From assembly GCA_021613535.1 (NCBI GenBank), contig CP075492.1, forward strand, positions 6,510,001 to 6,574,000: DNA of 64,000 nucleotides. The letters run 5' to 3'. Positions 1 to 12,500 of the stretch are shown in pieces (position 1 is the first letter of the stretch; each line of letters starts with the position of its first letter). A program made the position numbers and the translations under genes. The notes beneath the pieces are model-generated. The model had not been told where the DNA came from and did not search any database. It worked only from the letters and a program-made list of their open reading frames with translations. The DNA comes from Adineta vaga (lineage: Eukaryota > Animalia > Rotifera).

Positions 1-2371
1 AACAACAGTATCAAGATCTCCAATAGCTCGATTTAATGTTTCAATTGTTCTTGAAAAATAAAACGAATGATAGAAAGAATAGAAGAAGAAAAAAAAAGAA
101 TAGAAATTCTTACATTTGTCGGCCACGTTTAATATTTTCTTGTGCGGATAAATACATCTGAATCGATTTAGCAATTGATGTATGAAAACCAAAATTCATA
201 CAATCAATTAAATCGGGTACATCATCAGAACAATATTTTTGTAAGGCAGCATTGACTGATTCAACAGTCATTAAGTAATCATTACGAGCTTTGAATGCTT
301 TCACTTTTGTTTCAGTATATTTCATTTGTCGCTAAATGAATAGAAACAAAACAGATGTTTTTCATACGACTATTCATCAAGAAATGATTGTTTTGAGATG
401 ATTTACCTTTTCAACTCGTTTACTCATTGCTTTTTGTTTTTTTACATTTTTTATTTTTGCCATTTGTTGTTGAATAGTTCGTAATTTTTGTTCAGCTTGT
501 TTACTTTCACTTTGATATTGATGATAAGTTGTCATTGTCTAAATAAAACAACATTTCCTTAATTGGGATAATCAAAAAAACATTACTTACACTCTTTAAT
601 TCATTTAGAACCTTATAAATATCTTCATGACTAGCTAGAGCAACAGATTTACACTAGAAATAAAGGTTATCATATCATCAATTCTTGTTATTCATTCGTT
701 TAGTTTACCTTCATCAACATTCGTCGTGTATCTTCGACAATTTCATTGAATTTATCAAACATATATTTACCACACACATCCGACATAATCGTATGATATT
801 TGATATGTGTTCGAGTATCTTGAACAATCGTATCCCATAGTTTTGTAATCGATAGAAAAGTCCAAGTTTCTCGCCTATGAAGAAAGAAAATTGATTAAAA
901 TTAAAAAAAAGTGTCTTTTGTTTTTCGTTTCTTAAGAAACAAACCTGGCTTTTTGTGCACGATGCCTTTGACCAATTTGTTTATGTAAATTGTCAAGATT
1001 TTTAGCATAATCAAGTTCGACATCCGCTCGTCGACGGAAATATTCCTGAATTTCTGCTAGAACTGCTAATTGTGTTTCAATCCGTTGTTCCAAATATTTC
1101 AATTGTTCATTCAATTGTAAACGAATTTCTAAAACAGGAAAGAAAGAAGAAATTTGAATTGAATTGAAATTTCATCCTACGAATTCGAAATCGTTCATAT
1201 TTTAAATTCATCGAAGAATGAGAACTAGATGCTATTCCACAAGTGTAATTAAACATATTTTGGTGAGAAAAAAAACGTAATCGACTGTTTTAACAAGTAA
1301 GTCTATGTCTGATGAGAACAATGTATTGTAACAATGTATTGTAACACGTTCGACAGTATATTGAATGGTAAACGCCCTTTATTCATTTTTCTTTTCTCTC
1401 GTGATGGGCGGGATAGATTTTTTCTTATGAGGATTATTCTTTAATTTTGTTTTATAATAGAAATGAAAGTATTAATTATACTTCTTCAAATTATAGTTCA
1501 AGTAAAAGAAACAAGAAGAAGAAGAAGAAGAAGTGATGAGACTTTTTCTTATCATATCAGGACAAAAAATTTCTTACTGATAAGATCCGTTCCGGTATTA
1601 ATGCGTGATTAGATAATGTTCTAATCGAATCTTTCAATAATGGCTCCAGGCTTGTCATGTTATTGACTTCTTTCAATAATAATCTTTAGCGTTTATTTTT
1701 CTCTTTTGTCATTTTCTCGACATAAATCAATCTCATATTTCTGTTTTTTAATCTTGACTTGTTGACTTCAATTCATCATCATCATCAGCAGCAGCAACAA
1801 CAGCAACAACGTCTACTCATGTCAATAAACGACAAGAGTAGAGCATTACATCTCACGTACGCTTGTTGATATATAATCTTCTTGACGAACGTAGATATTT
1901 GATGAAAGACGGGAAAAGATGTGCGTGCGCATGTATGTATATCTATTGATGTTTTGCCGGTTTTTCGAACTTGATATCTTTCCTCCTACATATTTGCATT
2001 CTTAGTACTACTGATATGTCAAAGAAAAAGGACAAATTTTTTCTAATATATTCGATAATCAGAATATGCGATGATAGAAGTATTAAAAAAGTCATCTGTA
2101 ATCTATTTGTTTCTTTACCTTTAACAGTTTGATCGAATTCGAAGAGAATTTGTTTTTCTTTTTTGTAACATTTTTCAATTGGTTTATCATCATAAAATGG
2201 TGATGGAGTTGATGGTGATGAAGTTGTTGGTGTTAATGATGTTGGTGTTAATGATGTTGCATTTGCTGATGGTAGTAATAATGGTGGTGGTGGAGTTGTA
2301 GGTAGAGGAGATGATGGAGTCGATGATGATGTTATTGGTTGAGTTTTAAAATTTATTTCACTAGTCGCCAT
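1..2371 (-). CDS. SRGAP: SLIT-ROBO Rho GAP (srGAP)-like protein, N-terminal F-BAR region; gene continues past the left edge
   Basis: Exon 2371-2119 spliced to the exon starting at 1128 reads KKEKQILFEFDQTVK-EIRLQLNEQLKYLEQRIETQLAVLAEIQEYFRRRADVELDYAKNL, which matches the srGAP F-BAR start. Further short exons give KARNDYLMTVESVNAALQKY...DLIDCMNFGFH. There is a Pro/Ser/Thr-rich N-terminal extension. Confidence 0.9.
1317..1346. repeat. 13-bp tandem duplication (aacaatgtattgt x2.3) in srGAP intron 1
   Basis: Directly visible: aacaatgtattgt aacaatgtattgt aaca. Confidence 0.85.
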
Positions 2372-4507
2372 TACACATCTATAGAGAGAAAAAGAAATCT
2401 AGTAATGATAGTTTTTTATGTCGCTCAATCTTGTCTCTCTTTGCTTGAATGTCGTTTGATTATCAAGGCAAAGAAAATAGACATGATGGTACTGTCAGAT
2501 AAACAAGAAACAGAGAAGAATAGAAGATGACACCCTACAGAGATCGACATAGAGCGTACGAAAGAGAAGCAAATAGAGAGAAAGAGAGAAAACGAAGAAA
2601 GGTGGTAATGACTTCTTCTCTTTTCTTGTTTTCTGAATCGACTGCTAAATAGTGACGACAAATAAGCAAAAAAAATCTCGATACAAGAGAACAAGAAAAG
2701 AAATTTGCTCTGATATCTTCATTATGTAAAGTATTACTTCGACGACATTTCTGATAAGCAGCCGATGGGAATCGAATAAACAACAACAAATAACTTAGTC
2801 GAAACAACAGCATCAATAATAGCATACACATCTTTCTTCTCTTCTATTTTTTTTGTGCCCATGTCGTTGTTACCATCTTTAGTACAATTGGAATATACGT
2901 CAATCGACCGTACTATATCTCTCTGCACCTACGTATATGCCAATGACATAGACTACCATCAAGGACAAACAGTTGTCACAAAGATGTCAATAACTCACAT
3001 ACATCGGAAGCATTTTTTTTCCTTAACTGACATTTGAAAATTTCGAAATAATGATGATGATAATAGAGATATTAGAAATGATTACATACAAATGTTTTAT
3101 TTGATGAACAATCGGAAGTACGTCAATAAAGAATCAATTAACAAAGAAAGAAAAAAAAAGTGTCGATGACGATGAGATGTTTGTATTCATTCATTCTCTC
3201 GTTTTGAACGAACGGACAATGATTTCATATTGATTCGTCAAAAAAATAGCCACATCATTATTCCATAAAATTTTCCTTTCTCTTACTGACATCTATTGAG
3301 ATTAGCAGAACACATTAGATCAATGTGTTTTAGCTAAAGACAATAATTGAATTAGAGAATAATTTTATTAAGAAGCAATATGCTGTTTACATTGACATTC
3401 TCAGTGAAGAGGAAAATCTTTCTACGAACTTCTTTTTTCCTTTGGTGTTCTTTTCTCTTCTTCTTTTGAAGAAAAACAGATTCTAGTCATCAGACTGATT
3501 TGTTTCTGCTCGATTACATAAATTAATGCACATTGATAGAAAAATGATTTGTTTAAAAGAAATCTGATAATTGGAAACTATCAATTTGAATTCAGACAAT
3601 CTCATGAGATTTGTTGTTTGCTTCCCGAATGAAGTACGATATCCATCAATATATAGTAATTCGATCCAAGATGGACTTTTGCACATATATGATAACATAT
3701 TGATTGATTCTTCGCTAGAGTTTCTCTTTCAATCATAAAACTTATTTACTTGATTATTTCATCATATACTTGTGAATAAAACGAGCAGAATTTTTTATTG
3801 ATAAAGACTATTTTCGTTTAGTTTATTGGTATTTCATTTATATGATCACGTAAATATCTTTTCTTAGAATCTATAAGCAGCTTAAGTAGATTCGAAAGAA
3901 AAATAGAACTAATGAATGAGATGTTCATGTTCAAAGAAATTGATTCCATATATCTGTTGTCAACGATAAAAACTGAAGAAAGAAAAAATATTGCTTCGTG
4001 TCAGTCATTTCAATAAATGTTATTTGAGACTCATCTTGACAAGTCGGATATTGTGTTTTCTCATATTTGTTGTCTTTTCCTTGTCTATAGTTTCATTTCC
4101 TCAAAATTCATCGAAGAAAAAAGAGATTAGAAAGAGTATCAATGACTTAAAACGGAAATCTAATATAATAATAACAACAACAACAAGTGGATAAATTCAA
4201 TCGATTAATACTTCAGATGAAATTGAGAGAAAATAACATGATGATCAAAAGAAAGAATCATGCTTCTTCTTCAATGAATTCTCAGATCATTTCTTATCAA
4301 ATAGCAAATTTTTATGTTGCGTTTTTCTTTTTAGTTAACAGAATGACAAGTTACAGTGCCTAAAGTCTTTCAGATTTAATAATGAATTCATATATCCTGC
4401 CTTTTCTTCTTCTATCTTCCTCTTTTAGTAATGACTTATCCTTTTTTTTTCTTTTCTTTCATTCCATATATAGATCGACAAAACAAAACTAACTTTTTTT
4501 GTTCAAA

Positions 4508-6799
4508 ATGAATCGAGAAAAACCTGAAAAATCTTCGATGACAACTGTAAATATTCTTGGTCGTCTTCGAATAACGAAAGAACAAGTTCAACAAGTAAAA
4601 TTAAGTTTAACAAAAAATGGTATGTTAGAACATGTAGACATCTTGGATAGTGTTAGTAAAGAACTTGATGGTAAATTTAAAAAGATAATTTTCTCAAATC
4701 TGTATTTGACTATTTCAAGGAATTTTTTATAATCTCGTGGATATACTTTCTGATGATACACGTCAAAGTGAAATAAATATAACATCAAATGATGATGGAG
4801 AAATTAGTAAATGGTTAGAACAAACATTTTCATCCAAACAACAACGTACAGTAACGGCGACCGGTAGATTTGAATCGATTAAAGCAATTATACAAGCATC
4901 GTCATTTGTTAATGCTTTACAAAGACAATTACGACAACATACAAAAGAACGTTTAGATATTATGCTTGATTTACCTGTTGATATTGATAAATTAAATCTC
5001 TGGTCATTCAATATTCTAGAACATCCCGAACCGATTTCATATACGATCTTATTAATCTTTCATGCACATGATATTATCTCACGATATCGAATTGATATTG
5101 AAATTTTGAAAAATTTTGCTCGTGCACTAACAGAAGGCTATACAAGTATGAGAAAAATAAACTAATGAGATCATTGATTTGCTATGTAATTTAGAATTTC
5201 GTCCACCTTATCATAATGATTATCATGGAGCTGATGTACTTCAAACGGTACATTGTTTATTGATCAAAAGTAGTTTATTACATGTATTTGCACAAATAGA
5301 AATAGTTGCATTAGTAAGACAAATATAACGATTTGATTAGAAATGTTTCGTTTCGTTTTCTTTTCTTGTCTGATTAGTTATTTGCTGCTGCTATTCATGA
5401 TTATGAGCATCCCGGTTTAAATAATAATTATCTAATTAGAACACGAAGTGATCTAGCTTTGATTTATAATGATTCCAGTGTGTTAGGTAGGAATTGAAAT
5501 GACATTCGAATTTTGAAGATGTTGTCTAGTTATTTTTCATAATCAAGTACGTTCTTCTTAGAATAAAAGCGATTATAGATGGATTATGAGAGGATTATTT
5601 GAGAGCAATGAAACAATATACTAATCACGTACGTAATTGGATTGACTACAAGAGAATGATACTGAATAAAATGATGTAGATAGAATCTGAATAATCATCA
5701 GTCTTGCTCTTTATTATATATAGACGTTGGATATATCTGAGGATTTCTTCAAAGATCTATTCATTTATGAAATATTAGGAGATGATTTGATGTTGAAGCA
5801 ATTTACTTCCGTACTATTTAATTACATCCCTATGGCTTATAGAATATTGTTATAGCTTCACAGATTTGTTAATTTTAATTTTTTCCGAAGTACATTAATA
5901 GACTATATGATTTATAATCAAATTGTTTTTCCTCTAGAAAACCACCATTCCAGTTCGGTATTTAAACTTTTACGTGATAAACGTTTCAATATCTGGTCAA
6001 ATATGAATGTAGATGAATATCGAACATTTCGTTCACTTGTCATATCGCTTGTACTCTCGACTGATATGGCAAATCATGCATCACTTGTTGAACGTATGGC
6101 AACATATTTCTATTTTAAAGAAACAAATGCTACAACAACAGCGACAGATTCGAAAACTCTACTGCAAACATTATTGCATGCTGCTGATATATCAAATTCT
6201 GCCAAACCATGGCCTATTTATATTCAATCAGCAGAGAAAATCATGGAGGAATTTTTCATGCAAGGTGATCTGGAAAAAGTACATTGTGATGATAATAAAT
6301 CAACATTTGATAGAGAATCCACCGATATTGCACAATTACAAATTGGTTTTATTTCACATATTGTCTATCCAACTGTACGTATCGAATGATTTTTGTATGC
6401 TAAATATAATTTATTGTTGAACTAAGAAAGAACATGTTCATCAAGGGGATTTATTTGAGTACCTTTTATTTGACCTGTCATTTCTGAATATCATTATTTT
6501 TGTTTCATTTGTAGTTTGATGTTCTGTCAAAAGTACTTCAACTGGATTCCCTGGATAATAATTCTAAATTGACACCAACAAAAACATCACATACATTACC
6601 ATGGCAATATGATTTACAATTAAATCTAGAAACTTGGCGACAAGTTATTAAAGAGGGAGATCTTCAACAGGCTGTTTTAAAAAGAAAACCATTAAAACTT
6701 AATTTTGAATATTTAGAAATATATGTTGAGAAGGCAAGAAATTATTTGAAAAAACGTTCACAACAAGATATTTTACTTAATCGAACATCTACCTCATAA
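4508..6799 (+). CDS. PDE1: Class I cyclic nucleotide phosphodiesterase, PDE1-like (6 exons)
   Basis: Spliced product has [66 protein letters not shown] and QIGFI. The upstream [11 protein letters not shown]...[15 protein letters not shown] resembles the PDE1 calmodulin-binding region. Confidence 0.88.
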
Positions 6800-8194
6800 T
6801 TCAGTTGGAAGTACCCTTTTTTTTCTAATCTTAGTTTAAATAAAAAATCAAAGAGGGTGTGGATATGGATGCACATGTCATATTTATTCCCACATCCTCA
6901 TCCATTATTAGAATCTATTTTCCATAAAAACAAAAACTTTCTTTCAAGCATTTAAGAATCCAGATCGCTCTATAATTACGCATTATTCTCACGAATCGAC
7001 AGAATCATGTACTAAAATGTGCGATGTCATGATTTCGAAAATTATATTTGTATACTTGTCTTCGTCAACAATCGCTTTTACCAATAACGAATACCGCACA
7101 TTTCATATGTAAAATCATGCAGTGCATACAATCCTCGCTTACTAACTCCTAAAGTTTGTAGAGAAAATCATAGTCGAATTTAACCACTTTGAATTATGTA
7201 TTTTCTTTATATTAGCATAGTAAACATAAGCAATTGAAAATTTGTGTTTCCAGCAGTACTGCCTCACAATTTAATGTATGAATAGTATTTCACCACAACA
7301 TATTTTTCAAAGAAACAAATACTAATACGATGACTAAGACAGTGTTGCATTTAAAATAACAAGGTCAAAATGACGAAAGAAAAAAAATTGTATGCACATT
7401 TTTTTTTCTCCGTATTGATTGAATATAACGCCAAAGATCACTCGTAATTGTTTGTGTCGTGACATTTCTATCGTATATAGAAGATTTGTTCAATTATATA
7501 AGTTTAGCTACACAGGCTGTTAATTATTCTTATGATGATAACAATGATTAAACAATGGTGTTCAAACATACTTGTATACATAATGAATTGATGTTGTGTG
7601 TTTACCATAATTAAGAATACGAGAAGTAAGATTTTATCAACTTGCTACGTAAAATCAGGAATGATGCTGAGGATCCTTTGATCCTTTTTTCGAACGCATT
7701 TATGCATGGCGCGTCCATCAAAGAACATAAAAGCATAGTCAAACGTTATCGGTATGAATACTAAACCGGATTCTCGTACTGCAATTGCATAACTCCTCAG
7801 CAAATATGTGTGGTGACTACTACTGTTTTAAATCAAACACCATATTTCTATATTGTAACTATGTTTTGAAACGAAAACCTATCTGTTGTTAGTATGGACA
7901 TCAATAGATCTCTTTTAAATTGATCAGAATTATATATTTCTTCAACCGACAGTTGATTAATAATCTACAATACTCATAAAGAAAGATATTGATATATCGA
8001 ACTTGTATTCAGGACAATTGTGTTTGTGTTTCATTGTATGATTTAAAATGTTCTAGATTTGAATGTGTTATTTTAATACTATGATGCTTTGTTTTCTTTA
8101 TTATAAAGATGGAACACTTGTATGTGAACCAGGACTGTCATTTGTACCCCATTTGGATTATTTTTCTTTGCACAAAATTGAAATCATCTCTGAT

Positions 8195-8499
8195 TAGCCG
8201 TGTAAAAAAAGTTGAAAGAAAAATCAACTGAGAAATGATTATTACGACGAATCGTGATTATAATTGGTAAATAGTGTGCGAAAAAAATTCGATTATAATT
8301 TCTTTTTGTGCGTGATAAACTAAAAGCTATAATCTAGGTTTCACCGATTATAATTAAGATTCGTCGTAATAATCAGAAAAAGTTGATTTTTTTCGATTAC
8401 ATCCGATTAAAATCGGATAAAAACGTCAAAAATCGATTAAAGATGTATGGTTTTAATCGATTTTATTCTGATTTGTCCCCTCACTTTTGTACATGAGTA
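8195..8499. mobile_element. Putative MITE / foldback non-autonomous DNA element, ~300 bp
   Basis: Degenerate terminal inverted repeats (TA-gccgtgtaaaaaaagt ... acttttgtacatgag-TA). Internal ~55-bp inverted arms contain a perfect 18-bp match (tgattattacgacgaatc/gattcgtcgtaataatca), and there are two more perfect hairpins. Confidence 0.6.
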
Positions 8500-9567
8500 A
8501 AATCAATAAATTTATTGGCTGTAGTCGACATATTCATTTGAATAGATATACGAAGAGTCACTTGCAGTTATATGAACCAAGCATGGAAACTGAGTAGAAA
8601 CTCAATGTTAACTAAAGCAGTTGCTATAGAATTAAGAAACGATTAAATAACAACAGGAAATGTAAAGATTTTTATTCCTTTTGACAATCTCAACCAAAAC
8701 TGATCCAATCGACTGAAAACAAGCAGAAATAGAGTCATAGAAAAACAAATTGTATTGGTTGATGCAAACAGAGAATATCTACTTAAAGTGAATATTTTTT
8801 ATTTTTTTGAACAGATATATGTCGAAAGATAAGATGTATTTGTGAACCACATGTTTCACAAGAAAAACTAGGATTTGAATACTATTCTCAAAACAGAAAA
8901 AGGTCGGAAATAATCTTTTGACGTTAAAAATACTTTTAAACAGATTTCTCATTGGAAGGGATTGTTACTCAGGAAAAAATTATACACTCCATCAGCGCAC
9001 CCACATTTGGAACAGCATTATATCTCACATGTACTCCATTTGAGAGTTATCGTACTCCATTTTTAAGCCTGAACAGATGGCAGTATCCTGATGTGAATCG
9101 ATCGGTGAAGCGCTTCATTTCTGATCAAATGAGCGAATAGATATATGATCGATCTCGGTGTAGTCATGGAGAGTCTGAAAGCGTGTAAAGATATGTTTAG
9201 CATCGCTGGTGCGATCACAACTCTTCAACGACTTCAAACAGTCCTATGTGAAAATTTTCATTGGATTAAATGTCATACAAACTTCACATATTTCTTTTTA
9301 ATAAACAATGACTCATCTAATGCAAAAAAAAACTCTTATAGACTATGGTCTATCCCCGTTCTTCAGTTTGTATTTACTCCATCATCTTAGGAACATATTT
9401 TATTATTCATTTTTCAAAATCACAAAAGAAATCGTATAAAAGAAAAACACAGAAATATAAATAGGCATGCATGATTTTAACATAAAATAATAAACGAACG
9501 CAAAAGAATTCGACTATAAAATTGTAGTTGTTTTGCATTCGGATGCTATTTTTTGTTACTTTCACTA

Positions 9568-12500
9568 ATGACTCGAATACGAATAATTATTCAATTGTTA
9601 TTGTCAATTATCATCCAATCAAGTGGTACGTATTTGTTTTCAGTATAAACTATCCTTAACTCAATGTAGTCAATATCGTTTCCAATCAATCATGTCCATA
9701 TATAGGGATATCTTCTAATTTAATAATGTTTTACAATATTTTCAATACTAAAATAAGTTTTTTTTGTGTTATTATATTTTTCAGTTTTAAGTACTACAAT
9801 ACATTATGTGACTACTTCAAAGAATGGTGAACGTGGTAAAAATCAAGGAAGTATTGAAGGAGGCACTCTTATATGGATTCGAGGCGAAGGTTTTTTGCAA
9901 GATGCTTTCGATACTACGCCAACGACAGATACACTAAACAAAGTTCAATTAGTCAGAGACTATTTGGTGTACGACTGTAATGTTTATGTGGCAGAAATGA
10001 CTGATACACGATTGCCGTGTTATACAGTTGCAATGCCTCCAGGAGATTATATTGTTCGAGTTTATGTCAAAGGCAATTTAATTCCAATCAAAGATTACAC
10101 AGCTTTATATGATGCAAAGTTCTACATTTCACAAACTATACACCGATTATTGCTAATATATTACCAACTGCAGGACCACCACAGAGATTAGTATCATTAT
10201 TAGGAGATTTTAAAACAAAATGTTATTCACGTGATATGAACGAATGTTCTTTAAGCGATATTTCCGTCATATCTCGGTAATAATTTACAATTTTCTCTAT
10301 AAAAATATTGATATACATCTCTGCATAGCATATACATTGGTGATCAATCGTGTAATTTAATCGATCCTACGTCTGGTCTTCCGTAAGATTGCTTTCTATT
10401 CGAAATATGAAATTCTAATATAGTCTATATAAAAATAGTTATGCAAATGTAACAACAACATCTCTTCAATGCCGATATGAAAGCAATTCTGTTGGTAAAT
10501 AAACAGAATTTTGATCTCTACTCTATTTCTTCTGTTAATGAAACAATCAATCATTTTTTGTAGGAATATTTAATGTTACTGTGCATGTAACAAATGAATA
10601 TGGGAGATCGACAACTTCTACAAATCTATATCGATTATCGGCGACTGGTCAAACGTATACTTTTCAAACATATGCTAGTAAGTTTTCTTTATTGTTATCA
10701 TTGAATCGATCATTCATTGTTATTAGGTATTTCAAATATATCACCAAGCAGTGGTAGTATTCAAGGAGGTACAATGTTAACTATCAGTGGACAATACTTC
10801 AGTAATAGTAGTCAATATCCATTGGTTGTCAATGTTGGTAATGAACCATGTACTATTCTTAATGTAAATTCAACTACAATTCAATGTCAAACATCACCCG
10901 TATCGAACAATAATCGAACACATTACCATGGTAAATTCGTTTTCAAATAAGCGATTTGATTAGATTTTGACTTTTTTTTTCTCTAGGTGGTCGTGGTTTA
11001 CATTTATTTTCCGAGAACGTCTTCACGAATTTCGTATGTTACTAAAATCCTTGTGTATGTTTTTAATTCTTTCCTTATAAATCTTTCAGAGTAATTCACA
11101 AAATTCTACTCATCGAATGCCCAATAATAACGCTAATAAGACCTGGATATCAGAAGCTTCATTTATTTCGAATAATGTTGCAAGTACTACTATATGGCTA
11201 ATTGGATATCTTCGACCACCCAAAACGGCTACATTTACATTTCTCTTGGATACAAATGTAAATAGTGTTTTATATTTAAGTACTGATGATAAACCTGAGA
11301 ATAGAATTCTCATTGCAAATAATAATTCTCCTCGATCAAAAGAAATTCTTTTACAAAATAATACAAAGTAAACAGAAAATAGAAAATGTCATTCGATCAC
11401 ACATTTATACTTGTTTCCATATAGTTATTATCTATTTTGTATGGGCTCAACTCAACGTGGTTCCTTTCGTTTAACGATTAAAGTCAAAATGCACGATGGA
11501 AAAACAGTTGTTGGTAATAGTAATAATTTGGGTACAGCTGAAATTCAACGAATAAATGTTGGCTCTGGTTCTGTTCAAGAACGTCAGGTAAATTATTTTC
11601 GCCTAAAATTGAGAAGTTATCGAAACTTTGTTTACTTGATTTTATAGCGAATCACCTATTCGGATGCATATGTCGATGAAGTCGCTGAAACTCAAGATAT
11701 AGTGGCACTCTCTGTACCATTTCAAATCGGTTTTCGAGGAGCTTATACCGGTAAGTTTTCTTAATATTATCTATTCTTATTTGATGTTTTTTTCCTTTAT
11801 AGTTCTTCTAGTTGATCCCGAATTACTTGATGTTGAAATGGCTCTGAATGATTTACCGACAATCTATCCTTTAAAAGTTACAGTTGCACTTGCTCTTGCA
11901 TCATTTCGAATTACTTTTCCTACAGATATGGGAGATGTACCATTACTTACAATCATATCATCAGCCTATAATATTCCACAGAATGCAACAGAAATTATCC
12001 AAGGTGTTGCATCTGGTTCAAAACTGGCTTTTCAATTAGAAGATCAAACAACACAATATCTTGATTTGTCAGCTGATTTTCTCACGAACGCTATTCTCGA
12101 AGATCAATTTGAAGAATTATTCAATATTCAATGCCCACCATCTCTTTATACACCAGACGCTGATTCATCAATCGTACATGTCGAAGAATTTGAAACATTA
12201 ACAACATCAAATGGAGTATCACCAATGACAAATACAGTATTCTGCGGTCGAAAAGCAGCACTTGTGAACAATTATCAGAATTTAATCACAGATAATAGTG
12301 AACTTGCTGATTATATGTGTTTTGCTTATAAACTTCCAAATGGAATCGAAAGTCTTCGTTTGTATATGCGAGTTGAAAGTGATAAAAATTTTGATATGTA
12401 TACTAGTGACAATATAGTTACATCTATATCATTAATATCAGATACATACTGGCATTATACTTGTCTTGATTTACGTGAAATACTTGAAGCATATTCTCTC

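Noticed and set aside
2339-4194. Several 60-100 aa ORFs between srGAP and PDE
   Set aside because: Low-complexity F/L/K/R translations of purine/pyrimidine-rich UTR or promoter DNA.
7665-7802. 9-bp inverted repeat tgctgagga/tcctcagca as an element or snoRNA boundary
   Set aside because: It does not extend, and there is no target-site duplication or clean C/D box pair. Plausibly chance.
8952-9390. Two short ORFs in slightly GC-richer DNA upstream of PKHD1L1
   Set aside because: No recognisable motif or consistent splice model; a gene or TE relic cannot be supported without a search.
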